Source: Verrucomicrobiia bacterium | GTDB taxonomy: Bacteria > Verrucomicrobiota > Verrucomicrobiia > Limisphaerales > UBA1319 | NCBI GenBank assembly: GCA_963664225.1 | Contig: OY760937.1 | Location: forward strand, 1,952,001-2,016,000 | Direction: 5' to 3' | Length of the DNA stretch: 64,000 nucleotides | Shown: piece after piece, positions 1 to 9,100 of the stretch | Numbering within the stretch: position 1 is the first letter of the stretch | How the letters are laid out: each line of letters opens with the position of its first letter | The notes under the pieces: generated by a model | The model's database searches: none | The model's input: the letters and a program-made list of their open reading frames with translations, nothing else | What the model was told of the DNA's origin: nothing | Translations under genes and position numbers: made by a program

Positions 1-1819
1 GGATTTCCCGGATGAACTCAAAAAGGTGCGTGGCAAGGTCCACTCCGAGTGTCGGCTTTTCAGCGTTCTTGATCTTAGAGAGCCGCGTGGTTGTCGCGCA
101 AACAGGCCGGTCAAAAAGGAATTGGTCTGGCGTGGAATATTTGAGCTTTCTCAACTTGTTGGCGTCGAAATCAAACAGCGCATCCGCTTTTTCCTGCCCA
201 AGGGCTTGTGCAACTATTTCGCATGGTGAAATGAGATCCGCAGCCGCCGGTTCGAGGAAGTAAATCAGCGCCTCACCATTGGGAACGAAGGTTTTCTCAA
301 AATGAAATACAGTGCGCGGTCCGTCGAAAAAGAAAGGGTAATGGTTCCAATCCTCGAACCAAACACCCCACATTCTCGTTTTGGCAGAGGCAATCGGAAA
401 TGAGTATTCCATGTAGGGATTGCGGAAGGATGGTTCTCCACCTGGAGTCACGAAGAAATGACCCATCCAATGGGCCGGGAACGGACGCTCCCACTTAATA
501 GGCACGTATTCGCCAAGCCAATCCTCGTTTAGTGTTTCCCGATGCCAGATCCCGGCGTGCTCCACCATTGAAAGCGAGAATCCATTCTTGTCTGTGGCAA
601 TGGACAACGAATCGATCATGCGGTTTTCTCCCGCGCCCGACAGACCGAGCGAGACCGCCTGTGCGTCTGATTTCCAGGCGGCAACGAGCATGCTTTCATT
701 CCCGTCCACCAGGCCCACAAACCATTGCGTTGAAGGGATCCGAAACTCACTGTCGGCTGACATTTTCTGAGGCGCATAACAGATATCCGTTCCAGCAAAT
801 GACGGCAATAGGCCATAGCGGAGATGGCAATCCCGCACCTGAAACTGGGGAATCAGGGTGGCCTCAATGGTGACCAGTCCCTTGGCCGTGAACCAGACCA
901 CGTAGGAGCGGTCCCCTGTTGCGGCACTCACACGAATCCCCGTCCGCTCCTTTTCGCTGACCACGCTGCATTTGGGCGATGCCAAGGCGGGCGACGGAGT
1001 GACAACGCATCGTTGCTTGAGTTTACCATCCTGCACGGCGTAAATGGCCACCCCCCCATCACTCTGGCGCACCACACCGGCAAGGCGGGGTCCCGCAATG
1101 GCCTGCGCCGAACTCTTGACCAACGCCCCCAGGTCTTTGGTGGACCAATCGATGTCCGCGCCGGGTTCCGATTTCCCATCCCAAGCGGTTGTCGCAAGTG
1201 ATGCGGCCTCTGAAGAAGCCTTGGGTTCGTATCGGATCAATTCGAAGTCATCGGCAATGATTGGCGAACCCATCTCCCCTTCTGTGCCATGGTAATTGCG
1301 AAATTCCTTGGATGTTCCGCCCAACGTGAGCGTCAGTGAACCGCTGCGGTCCAGCGCGCAAAAATTTTCGAGTTGAATCCATTGTCCACGGGGCACTTTG
1401 ATTTCCGCGCAATTGTATGCAGCCCAAGGACGGTCGGGATCGCGGAGAAAAAAAGTGATCGGTTGATCGGCTTCGGATTTGACCCAGCAACGAGCCAGAT
1501 AGGGTCCCGCAACCACGGAGTCAAGCTTTTGTTCAATGGCGGTGTGGGCCGGGATCGCAATCGCATTGAGCCCGCCATGCGCCACATTGTTCGTAATCAA
1601 CACTTTACAAGCGCCGTCGGCTGTGGCGGTCCAGTTCGGAGGATTGTCGAGAGAAGAGGCGGGAACTTCAAAACCGGGGTTTTTCAGGAGATTCAGGAGG
1701 TTTTGCTCTGCGGCGGAGCCACTCAATGAGCAAAGCACTGCAGCCCAGATCATTGCGACGATCCACAGCGTGGTTCTTTGAAACCAACTGTCATTCACCG
1801 ACTCTGTGATTTTCATCAT
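1..1819 (-). CDS. Large secreted protein with N-terminal CBM4/9-like domain; 3' end runs off the window
   Basis: Absent from the ORF track (no stop inside the window). Manual minus-strand translation from 1819: MMKITESVNDSWFQRTTLWIVAMIWAAVLCSLSGSAAEQNLLNLLKNPGFE... (signal peptide, NPGFE motif); same frame at 751 (SEFRIPSTQWFVGLVDGNESML). Lies directly downstream of the SGNH gene. Confidence 0.75.
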   Translation of the reverse strand, partial: MMKITESVNDSWFQRTTLWIVAMIWAAVLCSLSGSAAEQNLLNLLKNPGFEVPASSLDNPPNWTATADGACKVLITNNVAHGGLNAIAIPAHTAIEQKLDSVVAGPYLARCWVKSEADQPITFFLRDPDRPWAAYNCAEIKVPRGQWIQLENFCALDRSGSLTLTLGGTSKEFRNYHGTEGEMGSPIIADDFELIRYEPKASSEAASLATTAWDGKSEPGADIDWSTKDLGALVKSSAQAIAGPRLAGVVRQSDGGVAIYAVQDGKLKQRCVVTPSPALASPKCSVVSEKERTGIRVSAATGDRSYVVWFTAKGLVTIEATLIPQFQVRDCHLRYGLLPSFAGTDICYAPQKMSADSEFRIPSTQWFVGLVDGNESMLVAAWKSDAQAVSLGLSGAGENRMIDSLSIATDKNGFSLSMVEHAGIWHRETLNEDWLGEYVPIKWERPFPAHWMGHFFVTPGGEPSFRNPYMEYSFPIASAKTRMWGVWFEDWNHYPFFFDGPRTVFHFEKTFVPNGEALIYFLEPAAADLISPCEIVAQALGQEKADALFDFDANKLRKLKYSTPDQFLFDRPVCATTTRLSKIKNAEKPTLGVDLATHLFEFIREI

Positions 1820-1853
1820 AAGTTGTTCAAGGGGAAGAATATAGTGGGTTGAA

Positions 1854-3050
1854 TTATTTTTGCCAGGATTGGAAGCGTGGGTCGGCATAAATGCGTTTGG
1901 CGAGGAGTTCGTAGCCGGCGGTCAGGGGGTGGCTGGCGTCGGCGTACAACTCGCTGGGCAGGGTCTCTGGAACAATGGTTGGAATCTTGTTCTCGTTCAG
2001 CCACAACAGGATGCCATCACGGATTTTGTGGAATTCCTGCCGGTTATCCTCGGTCATGAGGTGCTCGTTGAACGGCCCCAGAACCACCAGGACGTCGTTT
2101 CCCCGAGCGTTCAACCGGTTGACCGTGCGTTGAACGGCGTGCCACTGGAGGGAGGCATCGAGTCCCACCCATTCGAAGCGGGTCGTGCCTTTTCCGTCGG
2201 TGGACCACGGTTTGTGTCGCGGGCTTTTTGGCCCGCGCTGGGGATCGTCGAGGGGTGCGGACGGGACGACCATCGTGATCTGGGCCAGTGGGTTTTTGTA
2301 GGAGTTCGGGTGGGTGGGCGGACTGCTCGTGCCATCCTCCTCAAGGGTCCAGGCGGCGATGTTCTTTTGATCGAAATAGGCGTTCTGCAGATGGCCCACC
2401 CACTGCAAAAAGCCAACCTCACGCTGAACGACCACGCTCAAGCGCTCGCTGGCGTCCGCCTTGTAGCAGGGAATGCGAGGAGTGAACTGCGGAACGAGGC
2501 TGGAATGATTGAATGCATCCTCCTTCTCGGTGCTCAGGTCCGCTTTGGGGCTGGTCATCCAAAGGACATTGCACTGCAGGATCACTTTCTGGTTTCGAAG
2601 CGCCTTGCCGTAGTAATCCAACAGACCTTCCTGTGCGAGCGGGAACATGCCATTGATCCCCATATTCACAAAACGGTTGGTGGCCCCCGCTTCCTTGTTC
2701 AAGAAATGGGACAGGGTGCCATCGGGCGCCACGTATTCGCCCCAGACGACGGAATCTCCGAGCACGATGGTCTGGTTGTGACCGACCACCTGGCCCATTC
2801 TCCGTCCATAGAGCCAGTAATCCTTGCTCAACGAATAGGGAATACGGTAGTCAGGGCCGGTATCGAACCGCTCGATGCGTTCCCATATCTTTGGGACGAG
2901 CAGCAACGCCAGGCCGACGATGAGCAACGTGGTAATCCATTGCCGACCATTGAGCCGCATCTCATTGACACCAAATGGGACCGGTGCTGGCACTCCTACG
3001 GGCTTGGCGGCGGTTTTGATCGGTTTTGGCGTTGGTGGAATAATCTCCAT
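1854..3050 (-). CDS. SGNH/GDSL-like protein (AlgJ/DltD-like partner of MBOAT)
   Basis: N-terminal TM helix, LGDSVVWG block, C-terminal DASH (DxxH); starts 1 nt after the MBOAT stop. Confidence 0.75.
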   Translation of the reverse strand: MEIIPPTPKPIKTAAKPVGVPAPVPFGVNEMRLNGRQWITTLLIVGLALLLVPKIWERIERFDTGPDYRIPYSLSKDYWLYGRRMGQVVGHNQTIVLGDSVVWGEYVAPDGTLSHFLNKEAGATNRFVNMGINGMFPLAQEGLLDYYGKALRNQKVILQCNVLWMTSPKADLSTEKEDAFNHSSLVPQFTPRIPCYKADASERLSVVVQREVGFLQWVGHLQNAYFDQKNIAAWTLEEDGTSSPPTHPNSYKNPLAQITMVVPSAPLDDPQRGPKSPRHKPWSTDGKGTTRFEWVGLDASLQWHAVQRTVNRLNARGNDVLVVLGPFNEHLMTEDNRQEFHKIRDGILLWLNENKIPTIVPETLPSELYADASHPLTAGYELLAKRIYADPRFQSWQK

Positions 3051-3051
3051 A

Positions 3052-4653
3052 TCAGAACTGGAAGTAAATGAATGCGCCGCCGCCCGAGGAACAGACGCAG
3101 AGATAGAGCAACATACACGCCGCCAGGCTCACACGGACCAGCCCGATCGCCAGAACCTCCCTGACTTTCGATTCATACAAAAACTGGTAGAGCCAGATCA
3201 GGGCAATCAGCAGGAGCATCAGCGCCGGAATCTGCGGATCCTGCCATGCGGCGGTGAAGATGCGCCGGACGATCAGCATGGCGTCGCCCATCGAGTCCGC
3301 GCGGAAGAAAATCCAGGTAAAGGTCACGAAAAGAAACACGCCGAATTGCTTCAGGAGCTTGGGCACCCGTTCGCGATAGAATTCCGCCCGCTCGAGTTCG
3401 CGTGTGATCAGAACCCCCAGGCCATGCAGAATGCCCCAGATCATGAAGGTCCAATTGGCCCCGTGCCAGATGCCGGAAATAAAGAAGGTGATGAAGAGAT
3501 TGCGGTACGTGAGGAGAGTTCCGCCCCGGTTTCCCCCCAGGGGGATATAGACGTAATCGCGGAACCAGCTTGAAAGGCTGATGTGCCAGCGCGACCAGAA
3601 ATCGCCCAGTCCTGTCGCGAGGTAGGGATTGTTGAAATTGAGAATCAGATTAAAGCCCATCAATTTGGCGACGCCCCGGGCCATGTCGGTGTAACCGCTG
3701 AAATCGAAGAAAATCTGCCAGCCGAACGCCACGGTGGCGAGGAACAGCGCCGGTGCGCCAAAAGCACTTGGGTTGTCATAGACCCGCTCGACATAGAAGG
3801 CCAGGTAGTTGGCCAGTGCCAGCTTCTTGAACAGCCCCACGAGAAACAGGGAGGCGCCGTCCGTGAAATTTTGCATTCGCACCGGCGGGAATTGATTGAA
3901 CTGGGGCAACAGATTCCGCGCGCGCTCGATGGGACCCGCCATCAACTGCGGGAAGAAGCAAACAAAGGTGGCGAAGCGGAGGAGATTGCGCTCGCGATGC
4001 ACCTTGCCGAAATAGAAATCGATGGTGTAACTCAGCGATTGGAAGGTGAAGAAGGAGATTCCAACCGGGAGCAGGTATTGAAAACCCAAGGGCATGAGGG
4101 TCGAAGGATCGGCCAGTTTGAGCGGCAGATGCACCCACGAAAAAGCCACATTCAGGTTTTCGACAAAGAACCGGGCGTATTTGAAAAAGATAAGCAGTGC
4201 CAGGTTGTTCACGAGGCTGATCAGCAGCCAGATTTTGCGACTGCTGTAGAGGGCACCCAGCGCCATGAGCAGGACAAGCACACTGAAGCCCGCCATCGTG
4301 GGCCGTAACGTCTTTGGCCCGACCACCGCGAGGGCAAGAATCCCCAGCGCGGCCAATGCGGAACCCAGGAACGCGATCTTCAGGACCCGGTCGTCAAAGC
4401 GCAGGCGCGTGAGCCGCCCCATGACATTCACCGGTTTTCCTTCCACCGGGCAGTGGTCCATCAGCGCCACCAACCCGAAATCCAGCAGGGTGGAATAAAT
4501 GACCAGCAGCAGGTAATAGGGATTCCACCAGCCGTAAAAGAAGTAGGACGCCAGGGTGAGCCACGGCAGCCAGAGCTTTGTCTTTCGCAGGGCGAAAAAC
4601 ATCGGCAGAACGACCAGCAGGAAGATCAGGAACGGCCAGGTATGAAAGAGCAT
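3052..4653 (-). CDS. MBOAT family O-acyltransferase (AlgI/DltB-like)
   Basis: LPVGISFFTFQSLSY, GPIER, DFSGYTDMA, FWSRWHISLSSWFRDYVYIPLGG, GIWHGANW motifs. Confidence 0.93.
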   Translation of the reverse strand: MLFHTWPFLIFLLVVLPMFFALRKTKLWLPWLTLASYFFYGWWNPYYLLLVIYSTLLDFGLVALMDHCPVEGKPVNVMGRLTRLRFDDRVLKIAFLGSALAALGILALAVVGPKTLRPTMAGFSVLVLLMALGALYSSRKIWLLISLVNNLALLIFFKYARFFVENLNVAFSWVHLPLKLADPSTLMPLGFQYLLPVGISFFTFQSLSYTIDFYFGKVHRERNLLRFATFVCFFPQLMAGPIERARNLLPQFNQFPPVRMQNFTDGASLFLVGLFKKLALANYLAFYVERVYDNPSAFGAPALFLATVAFGWQIFFDFSGYTDMARGVAKLMGFNLILNFNNPYLATGLGDFWSRWHISLSSWFRDYVYIPLGGNRGGTLLTYRNLFITFFISGIWHGANWTFMIWGILHGLGVLITRELERAEFYRERVPKLLKQFGVFLFVTFTWIFFRADSMGDAMLIVRRIFTAAWQDPQIPALMLLLIALIWLYQFLYESKVREVLAIGLVRVSLAACMLLYLCVCSSGGGAFIYFQF

Positions 4654-5087
4654 TGAGCCGGAGATGATTGGGTGTGATTGCCGGAACTATTTCGAGGCCC
4701 TCAATTGTTGAAGCTCCTCCGGGGTGACGCGTTTGACATCCTTGCCGCGTTGCTCCCGGTTTGGCGGAGCCGTTACCCGACCTTCGCCGATGTGGGTGAC
4801 GAACGCCAAAAGCGTCGTCCATTTGAATGTCTCCGCTTGCATTGGTTTTGGGCCAATCTACACACGTGGGCGGCCAAATCCAGTTTAATGTCAGGCCATC
4901 GGCGGGACGGGGAAAAACCACAAAGATGGAACGGGGAATGAGAATTTAACCGCAAAGAAATCAAAGATCTCAAAGAGGGAAAAGGGATTTGGAGTTAAGT
5001 ATTTGTCATTGAAACAATTTCCGCCCGAGCCGGGTTGGGGCGTTCCATGAGCGCCAATGCCGTGCTGCCCTGTTTGATGAAAACGAC
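4546..5087. repeat. Duplicated block, copy 1 (MBOAT 5' end, mini-ORF and upstream region)
   Basis: Near-identical to 8489-9030 (offset 3943); weaker similarity continues to ~5140/9090. Confidence 0.95.
4687..4842 (-). pseudogene. 51-aa chimeric mini-ORF, collapsed remnant of the TolB-like and FGE genes
   Basis: MQAETFKWTTLLAFVTHIGEGRVTAPPNREQRGKDVKRVTPEELQQLRASK*; pieces match 14703-14656, ~14320-14332, ~13534-13556, 12727-12749 and 12559-12603 in order. Confidence 0.85.
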
Positions 5088-5134
5088 CGCCGCGATGGGC
5101 GATATCGCCAAGGAAAAGTGGACAATACGGACCC

Positions 5135-5626
5135 CTAACTGCTTGCCCGTGAAACATAATCAACAGCATCTCTCAGCGTCCTCATCTTCTCTGCCGCTGC
5201 GTCTGGAATACTGATACCAAACTCTTTCTCGACATCCAAAATAAAATCGACAGTGGACATGGAATCTAAAGCGTCCATACGAATGTCCTCAACAATTCGA
5301 TCATCAGGGTGGAGGCCCGACAAATCCACTGAAATGTGCCGCGACATGATACTGCGGAGCTTCGATGCAACCGCAGCCTGCTCTGGTGGAAAAAACTCAC
5401 GCCCAAACTCTGCATCGGAGAGCGGCTGTCTGTCGGCCATGTAGCGCAGGGCACGCTGTTTCTCGGACTCGTCGCCCAATCGCACTTGGTATATCCTGAT
5501 GGCGATAGCGCTCAGGACGAGAGCAATCTGCGCATACCACGGAACCGGAAGCAGACGCGGCGCTATCAGCGCAATAATGAATGCTCCCGAAGAAAGCACG
5601 ACGAGTATGAACAGAATCGGACGCAT
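5135..5626 (-). CDS. Cassette gene: two TM helices plus C-terminal acyl-carrier-protein-like domain
   Basis: DIRMDALDSMSTVDFILDVEKEFGISIPDAAAEKMRTLRDAVDYV resembles the ACP phosphopantetheine-site region; ATG 4 nt after the GTTAGGC core. Confidence 0.75.
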   Translation of the reverse strand: MRPILFILVVLSSGAFIIALIAPRLLPVPWYAQIALVLSAIAIRIYQVRLGDESEKQRALRYMADRQPLSDAEFGREFFPPEQAAVASKLRSIMSRHISVDLSGLHPDDRIVEDIRMDALDSMSTVDFILDVEKEFGISIPDAAAEKMRTLRDAVDYVSRASS

Positions 5627-5630
5627 GGTG

Positions 5631-5740
5631 GCCTAACTTTGATTAAGCGACCAGCGGTCCGTATCTTGGACCGGTGAGAAAGCATTCTTAATTCGTCGCA
5701 TGTACGGGATTTAGACCCTTTTCCACTGATGGTCAACATC
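5631..5740 (-). repeat. 110-bp attI-like site, copy 1 (core GTTAGGC)
   Basis: Minus strand ends ...CGCTTAATCAAA-GTTAGGC; three more copies at 7116, 7843, 10078. Confidence 0.75.
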
Positions 5741-5801
5741 AAGGAGTTCGAGTGATGCCTTCATGGTTGTATGGCTGTTTCGTTCTGCATTGCTACATCC
5801 C

Positions 5802-5894
5802 ATCGACCGACGCGGTTCAGTGGTGGCGGAGCAAAAATGCCCAATATAAAACGGACGGCGAACCCCTCCGTCCACTGCAACCATCTTGTTCACC
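5802..5894 (-). mobile_element. Degenerate attC-like site
   Basis: GGTGAAC...GGTTGCAGTGG...CCACTGAACC...GGTCGAT, 93 bp, just after the stop of 5904-6320. Confidence 0.6.
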
Positions 5895-5903
5895 CGACGC
5901 TTT

Positions 5904-6320
5904 CTAGACATTCCTCACGCCAATCATGGCTCGCAACTTGCCCAAGTCGGGCGAGTCTGTTGAGACCTCAAATAAATCCTCGGTGACACCTGTTGTCGTG
6001 TCTGCAATACCCACGACAAAACTCCTGCCGCACTCCCGGTTTAGGGTGCCGAGAAATCCGGCGATCGCCTCAACATCGGCAAACCATCCCTCCGACTCAG
6101 CGCCTAGTTCCGGCAACTCCAGATTGAGGCCGAAGTCCCAAAGCGGCAAATCTCCGGGGCGCGTGCATGTGTCCTGGCCGTGGCGCTGATTAACGACCCA
6201 CGCATGACCGGCGATCCAATGTCGGCTGCGAACGAAGCGCGAGAATCGTGGCGTCAACGATTCGGCGACATCTCCGATGTCCGCTCCGTCCACGTAAGCA
6301 TAAAGTGTGTGTTGTGACAT
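5904..6320 (-). CDS. Cassette gene, hypothetical protein
   Basis: 138-aa ORF bounded by attC-like sites on both sides. Confidence 0.75.
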   Translation of the reverse strand: MSQHTLYAYVDGADIGDVAESLTPRFSRFVRSRHWIAGHAWVVNQRHGQDTCTRPGDLPLWDFGLNLELPELGAESEGWFADVEAIAGFLGTLNRECGRSFVVGIADTTTGVTEDLFEVSTDSPDLGKLRAMIGVRNV

Positions 6321-6334
6321 GACGCGCTTAAACT

Positions 6335-6427
6335 AGCGAACGATTCAGCTCAACGACGCCGGGCCAATTGTTTCCGATTGGCAATCGAAGCGCGATCCCG
6401 GCCTTGCCTGGAGCTGGATGGTTCGAC
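6335..6427 (-). mobile_element. attC site
   Basis: R'' GTCGAAC, L'' CAGCTC, inner stem GCCGGG/CCCGGC, L' GAGCTG, R' GTTCGCT; 93 bp. Confidence 0.8.
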
Positions 6428-6430
6428 CTC

Positions 6431-6745
6431 TTACTTGAGTATCTCATGGATGCTCTCTCGATACGCGTCTCGCCTGTTGGCAAGCCACACTTCATAAATA
6501 TCGTGGCTGTGCTCGTCTGCACCTCGCAGAACGCGAGCGAGGGCGTTCGTATTGCCGCTCTCGGAAAGGGACCGAAGCTCATGCACAAAATCGGCGTATG
6601 GTTGCCCCACGCCGTCGTTGCAGATGCCGTGATAGTTGTGAATCGTGCGAGCTTCCGTCATGAAAGAGACAAAATTCCACTCAGCAATCATCGCCAACAT
6701 AATGACGACACCTAGAATGACAATTGTGCGTGCCTTAATAAACAT
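6431..6745 (-). CDS. Cassette gene, hypothetical membrane-anchored protein
   Basis: 104 aa, N-terminal hydrophobic helix, fills the space between two attC sites. Confidence 0.7.
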   Translation of the reverse strand: MFIKARTIVILGVVIMLAMIAEWNFVSFMTEARTIHNYHGICNDGVGQPYADFVHELRSLSESGNTNALARVLRGADEHSHDIYEVWLANRRDAYRESIHEILK

Positions 6746-6759
6746 GGCGCGTTTGAGTG

Positions 6760-6852
6760 GTGGAACAATCAGGATTAGTGACTCCGCGCCAGTGACGTTC
6801 GAGTTGAAACCGTGATGCTCTCGCGGGATTCACTGCATCCAGCTTGTTCGGT
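6760..6852 (-). mobile_element. attC site
   Basis: R'' ACCGAAC, GGATGCAGTGA ... TCACTAATCC, R' GTTCCAC; 93 bp. Confidence 0.72.
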
Positions 6853-6859
6853 TGGGTTG

Positions 6860-7105
6860 TCATCGCCGAAAAGTAAATCGGTCAGCAGTCTCGTCCACAT
6901 CCATCGCCCGACCACGAAGGCTGGTAACCACCAACCAAACACCTCCGATGCACATGGCGGGCAGCAATGTGAACTTCGCGAATCTGCTGCTGGCGCTGTC
7001 GCTCGCAAGATAGAAAAGAGTGACGGCGACCGCAGCGAAAAAAAGTCCAAGAAGCAGCATCACCGCCCGCTTCCGTGTTGTCGCCTTCTGTGGTTGTGAT
7101 GTCAT
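6860..7105 (-). CDS. Cassette gene, small two-TM protein
   Basis: 81 aa, two hydrophobic segments; between attI-like copy 2 and an attC. Confidence 0.65.
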   Translation of the reverse strand: MTSQPQKATTRKRAVMLLLGLFFAAVAVTLFYLASDSASSRFAKFTLLPAMCIGGVWLVVTSLRGRAMDVDETADRFTFRR

Positions 7106-7115
7106 ACGCGTTTAC

Positions 7116-7225
7116 GCCCACCTTTGATTAGGCGACGAGCGGTTCGTATTTTGGACCGGTAAGAAAGTATTCTTAATTCGTCGCATGTACGGGATTTAAA
7201 CCCTTTTCCACTGATGGTCAACATC
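7116..7225 (-). repeat. 110-bp attI-like site, copy 2 (core GGTGGGC)
   Basis: Aligns with 5631-5740. Confidence 0.75.
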
Positions 7226-7300
7226 AGACTCCCAAGCGGCAAGGTGAATGGGAAAGAAGTATGTCAAGCGGGTTTGGAGGATAAAAAGGCGGAATGGTGC

Positions 7301-7379
7301 GGGAGCGCGCCCCCCGGCGTCCGATTGGAACTGCTGGCCGACCGCGGTCCTCGTCATTGGCTCAATCCTCTGGTTCGGT
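7301..7379 (-). mobile_element. Truncated attC-like site (left arm only)
   Basis: ACCGAAC-CAGAGGATTGAGCCAATGACGAGG... overlaps the 3' end of 7354-7839; matching right arm absent. Confidence 0.45.
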
Positions 7380-7839
7380 TGGTGTAATATGCAGCAATGC
7401 TCTCGGCATTCTGAATGGCCTCAACATCCGCATCCAATTCCAACAACCTCTGTGCAAGCCATTCGGCCCAGACTCCAACGGCTTGGTGCGCTTTTACCCC
7501 AAGAGCTTCCAGGTTCCACCATATTTTGCCATTTTCCCGGGGCCTGAGATACCCACCCAAATAAATCCACGTTACGTCATCGTCACAATGCTCCATCATG
7601 TATACCATAATCACCGGAAGATAATAACCAACCCCTTGAGGCTTCATGTATGAAAATTCTTCAGTGTAAAGATGACCCCACCCACCTCGCGCCGCCACCT
7701 GTTCTCGAGTTAAGCCAAGATAGTTTTTGAGCACCTCTTCACCATCTATTCCGCCAGCGTCCAAGTCTCCTTCGTGCTGTGGCATCTGGAATCCGCGAAA
7801 CGCATCCTCAATCATCGTCTGGATATGCGTCTGATTCAT
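7354..7839 (-). CDS. Cassette gene, hypothetical protein (possibly DUF6714-like)
   Basis: 161 aa; FSYMKPQGVGYYLP segment; ATG 3 nt after the attI-like core. Confidence 0.7.
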   Translation of the reverse strand: MNQTHIQTMIEDAFRGFQMPQHEGDLDAGGIDGEEVLKNYLGLTREQVAARGGWGHLYTEEFSYMKPQGVGYYLPVIMVYMMEHCDDDVTWIYLGGYLRPRENGKIWWNLEALGVKAHQAVGVWAEWLAQRLLELDADVEAIQNAESIAAYYTNRTRGLSQ

Positions 7840-7842
7840 ACT

Positions 7843-7952
7843 GCCGAGCTTTGATTATGCGACGAGCGGTCCGGATTTTGGACCGGATAGAATCCATTTT
7901 TAATTCGTCGCATGTACTGGATTTAGACCCTTTTCCACTGCTGGTCAACATC
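7843..7952 (-). repeat. 110-bp attI-like site, copy 3 (core GCTCGGC)
   Basis: Aligns with the other copies; internal inverted repeat ATGCGACGA...TCGTCGCAT. Confidence 0.75.
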
Positions 7953-8495
7953 GGAGGTTCTGCCCAGCCCGCTGACTGGCCGGTTTGGGAGCGTGGGAAA
8001 TGGCTGGGGGCTGAGGGCTGAGGGCTGAGGGCTGAGGGCTGAGGGCTGAGGGCTGAGGGCTGAGGGTTCGGGCCACCTCTCCAGGAGGAGGAACAGCGTT
8101 TGCGCGGCACTTGAAGGTTTGGACGGCGCGAATGATACCGCCGCGTGGGGTTGGCAGTGGCAGATAAATACATGGCTGGGCCGGATGGGATGGGATTTGA
8201 TTCAACGCCTACAGCGTTGGGATTTCTCTGGGGACGGAGACCCCGGGTAGCCCTCGGCGGGCAACCCGGGTCTGAATGATTTAATCCCTTCGGGATAATG
8301 AGGTGCCACCCGGGGTAGCATTTCCACGGCAACCCGAGTGTGAATGATTGCAGCCCGTTCCGGGTTGGCCGGAGGATGGGCGGCAAGGTGCAGTGCAGGG
8401 GGGATTTTGAGTTTCGAAGGGTTGCGCGAGTTCAAATGCCTCTGCGATACGGTGGCCGAACCGGCTGAAGCCGGGACTCCATACCGAGGGACGCC
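7953..8495. repeat. REP-mosaic leader upstream of the attI-like site
   Basis: Homologous to 10185-10700 and partly to the 817-bp units. Confidence 0.85.
8009..8064 (+). repeat. Heptamer tandem repeat (GGCTGAG)x8
   Basis: 8 perfect copies; the homologous position near 10229 has 2. Confidence 0.95.
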
Positions 8496-9030
8496 AGGGT
8501 GAGCCACGGCAGCCAGAGCTTTGTCTTTCGCAGCGCGAAAAACATCGGCAGAACGACCAGCAGGAAGATCAGGAACGGCCAGGTATTAAAGAGCATTGAG
8601 CCGGAAATGATTGGGGGTGATTGCCGGAGCTATTTCGAGGCCCTCAATTGTTGAAGCTCCTCCGGGGTGACGCGTTTGACATCCTTGCCGCGTTGCTCCC
8701 GGTTTGGCGGAGCCGTTACCCGACCTTCGCCGATGTGGGTGACGAACGCCAAAAGCGTCGTCCATTTGAATGTCTCCGCTTGCATTGGTTTTGGGCCAAT
8801 CTACACACGTGGGCGGCCAAATCCAGTTTAATGTCAGGCCATCGGCGGGACGGGGAAAAACCACAAAGATGGAACGGGGAATGAGAATTTAACCGCAAAG
8901 AAATCAAAGATCTCAAAGAGGGAAAAGGGATTTGGAGTTAAGTATTTGTCATTGAAACAATTTCCGCCCGAGCCGGGTTGGGGCGTTCCATGAGCGCCAA
9001 TACCGCGCTGCCCTGTTTGATGAAAACGAC
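8489..9030. repeat. Duplicated block, copy 2 (with truncated MBOAT 5' fragment)
   Basis: Near-identical to 4546-5087; encodes MLFNTWPFLIFLLVVLPMFFALRKTKLWLPWLTLAS then runs into REP sequence. Confidence 0.95.
8630..8785 (-). pseudogene. Second copy of the 51-aa chimeric mini-ORF
   Basis: Same sequence as 4687-4842. Confidence 0.85.
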
Positions 9031-9100
9031 TGCGGGAATGGGAAAAAGCGTCAGGGAAAAGGGGATAATACTATGGTTTGGACCCTAACTGCCCCTAACT

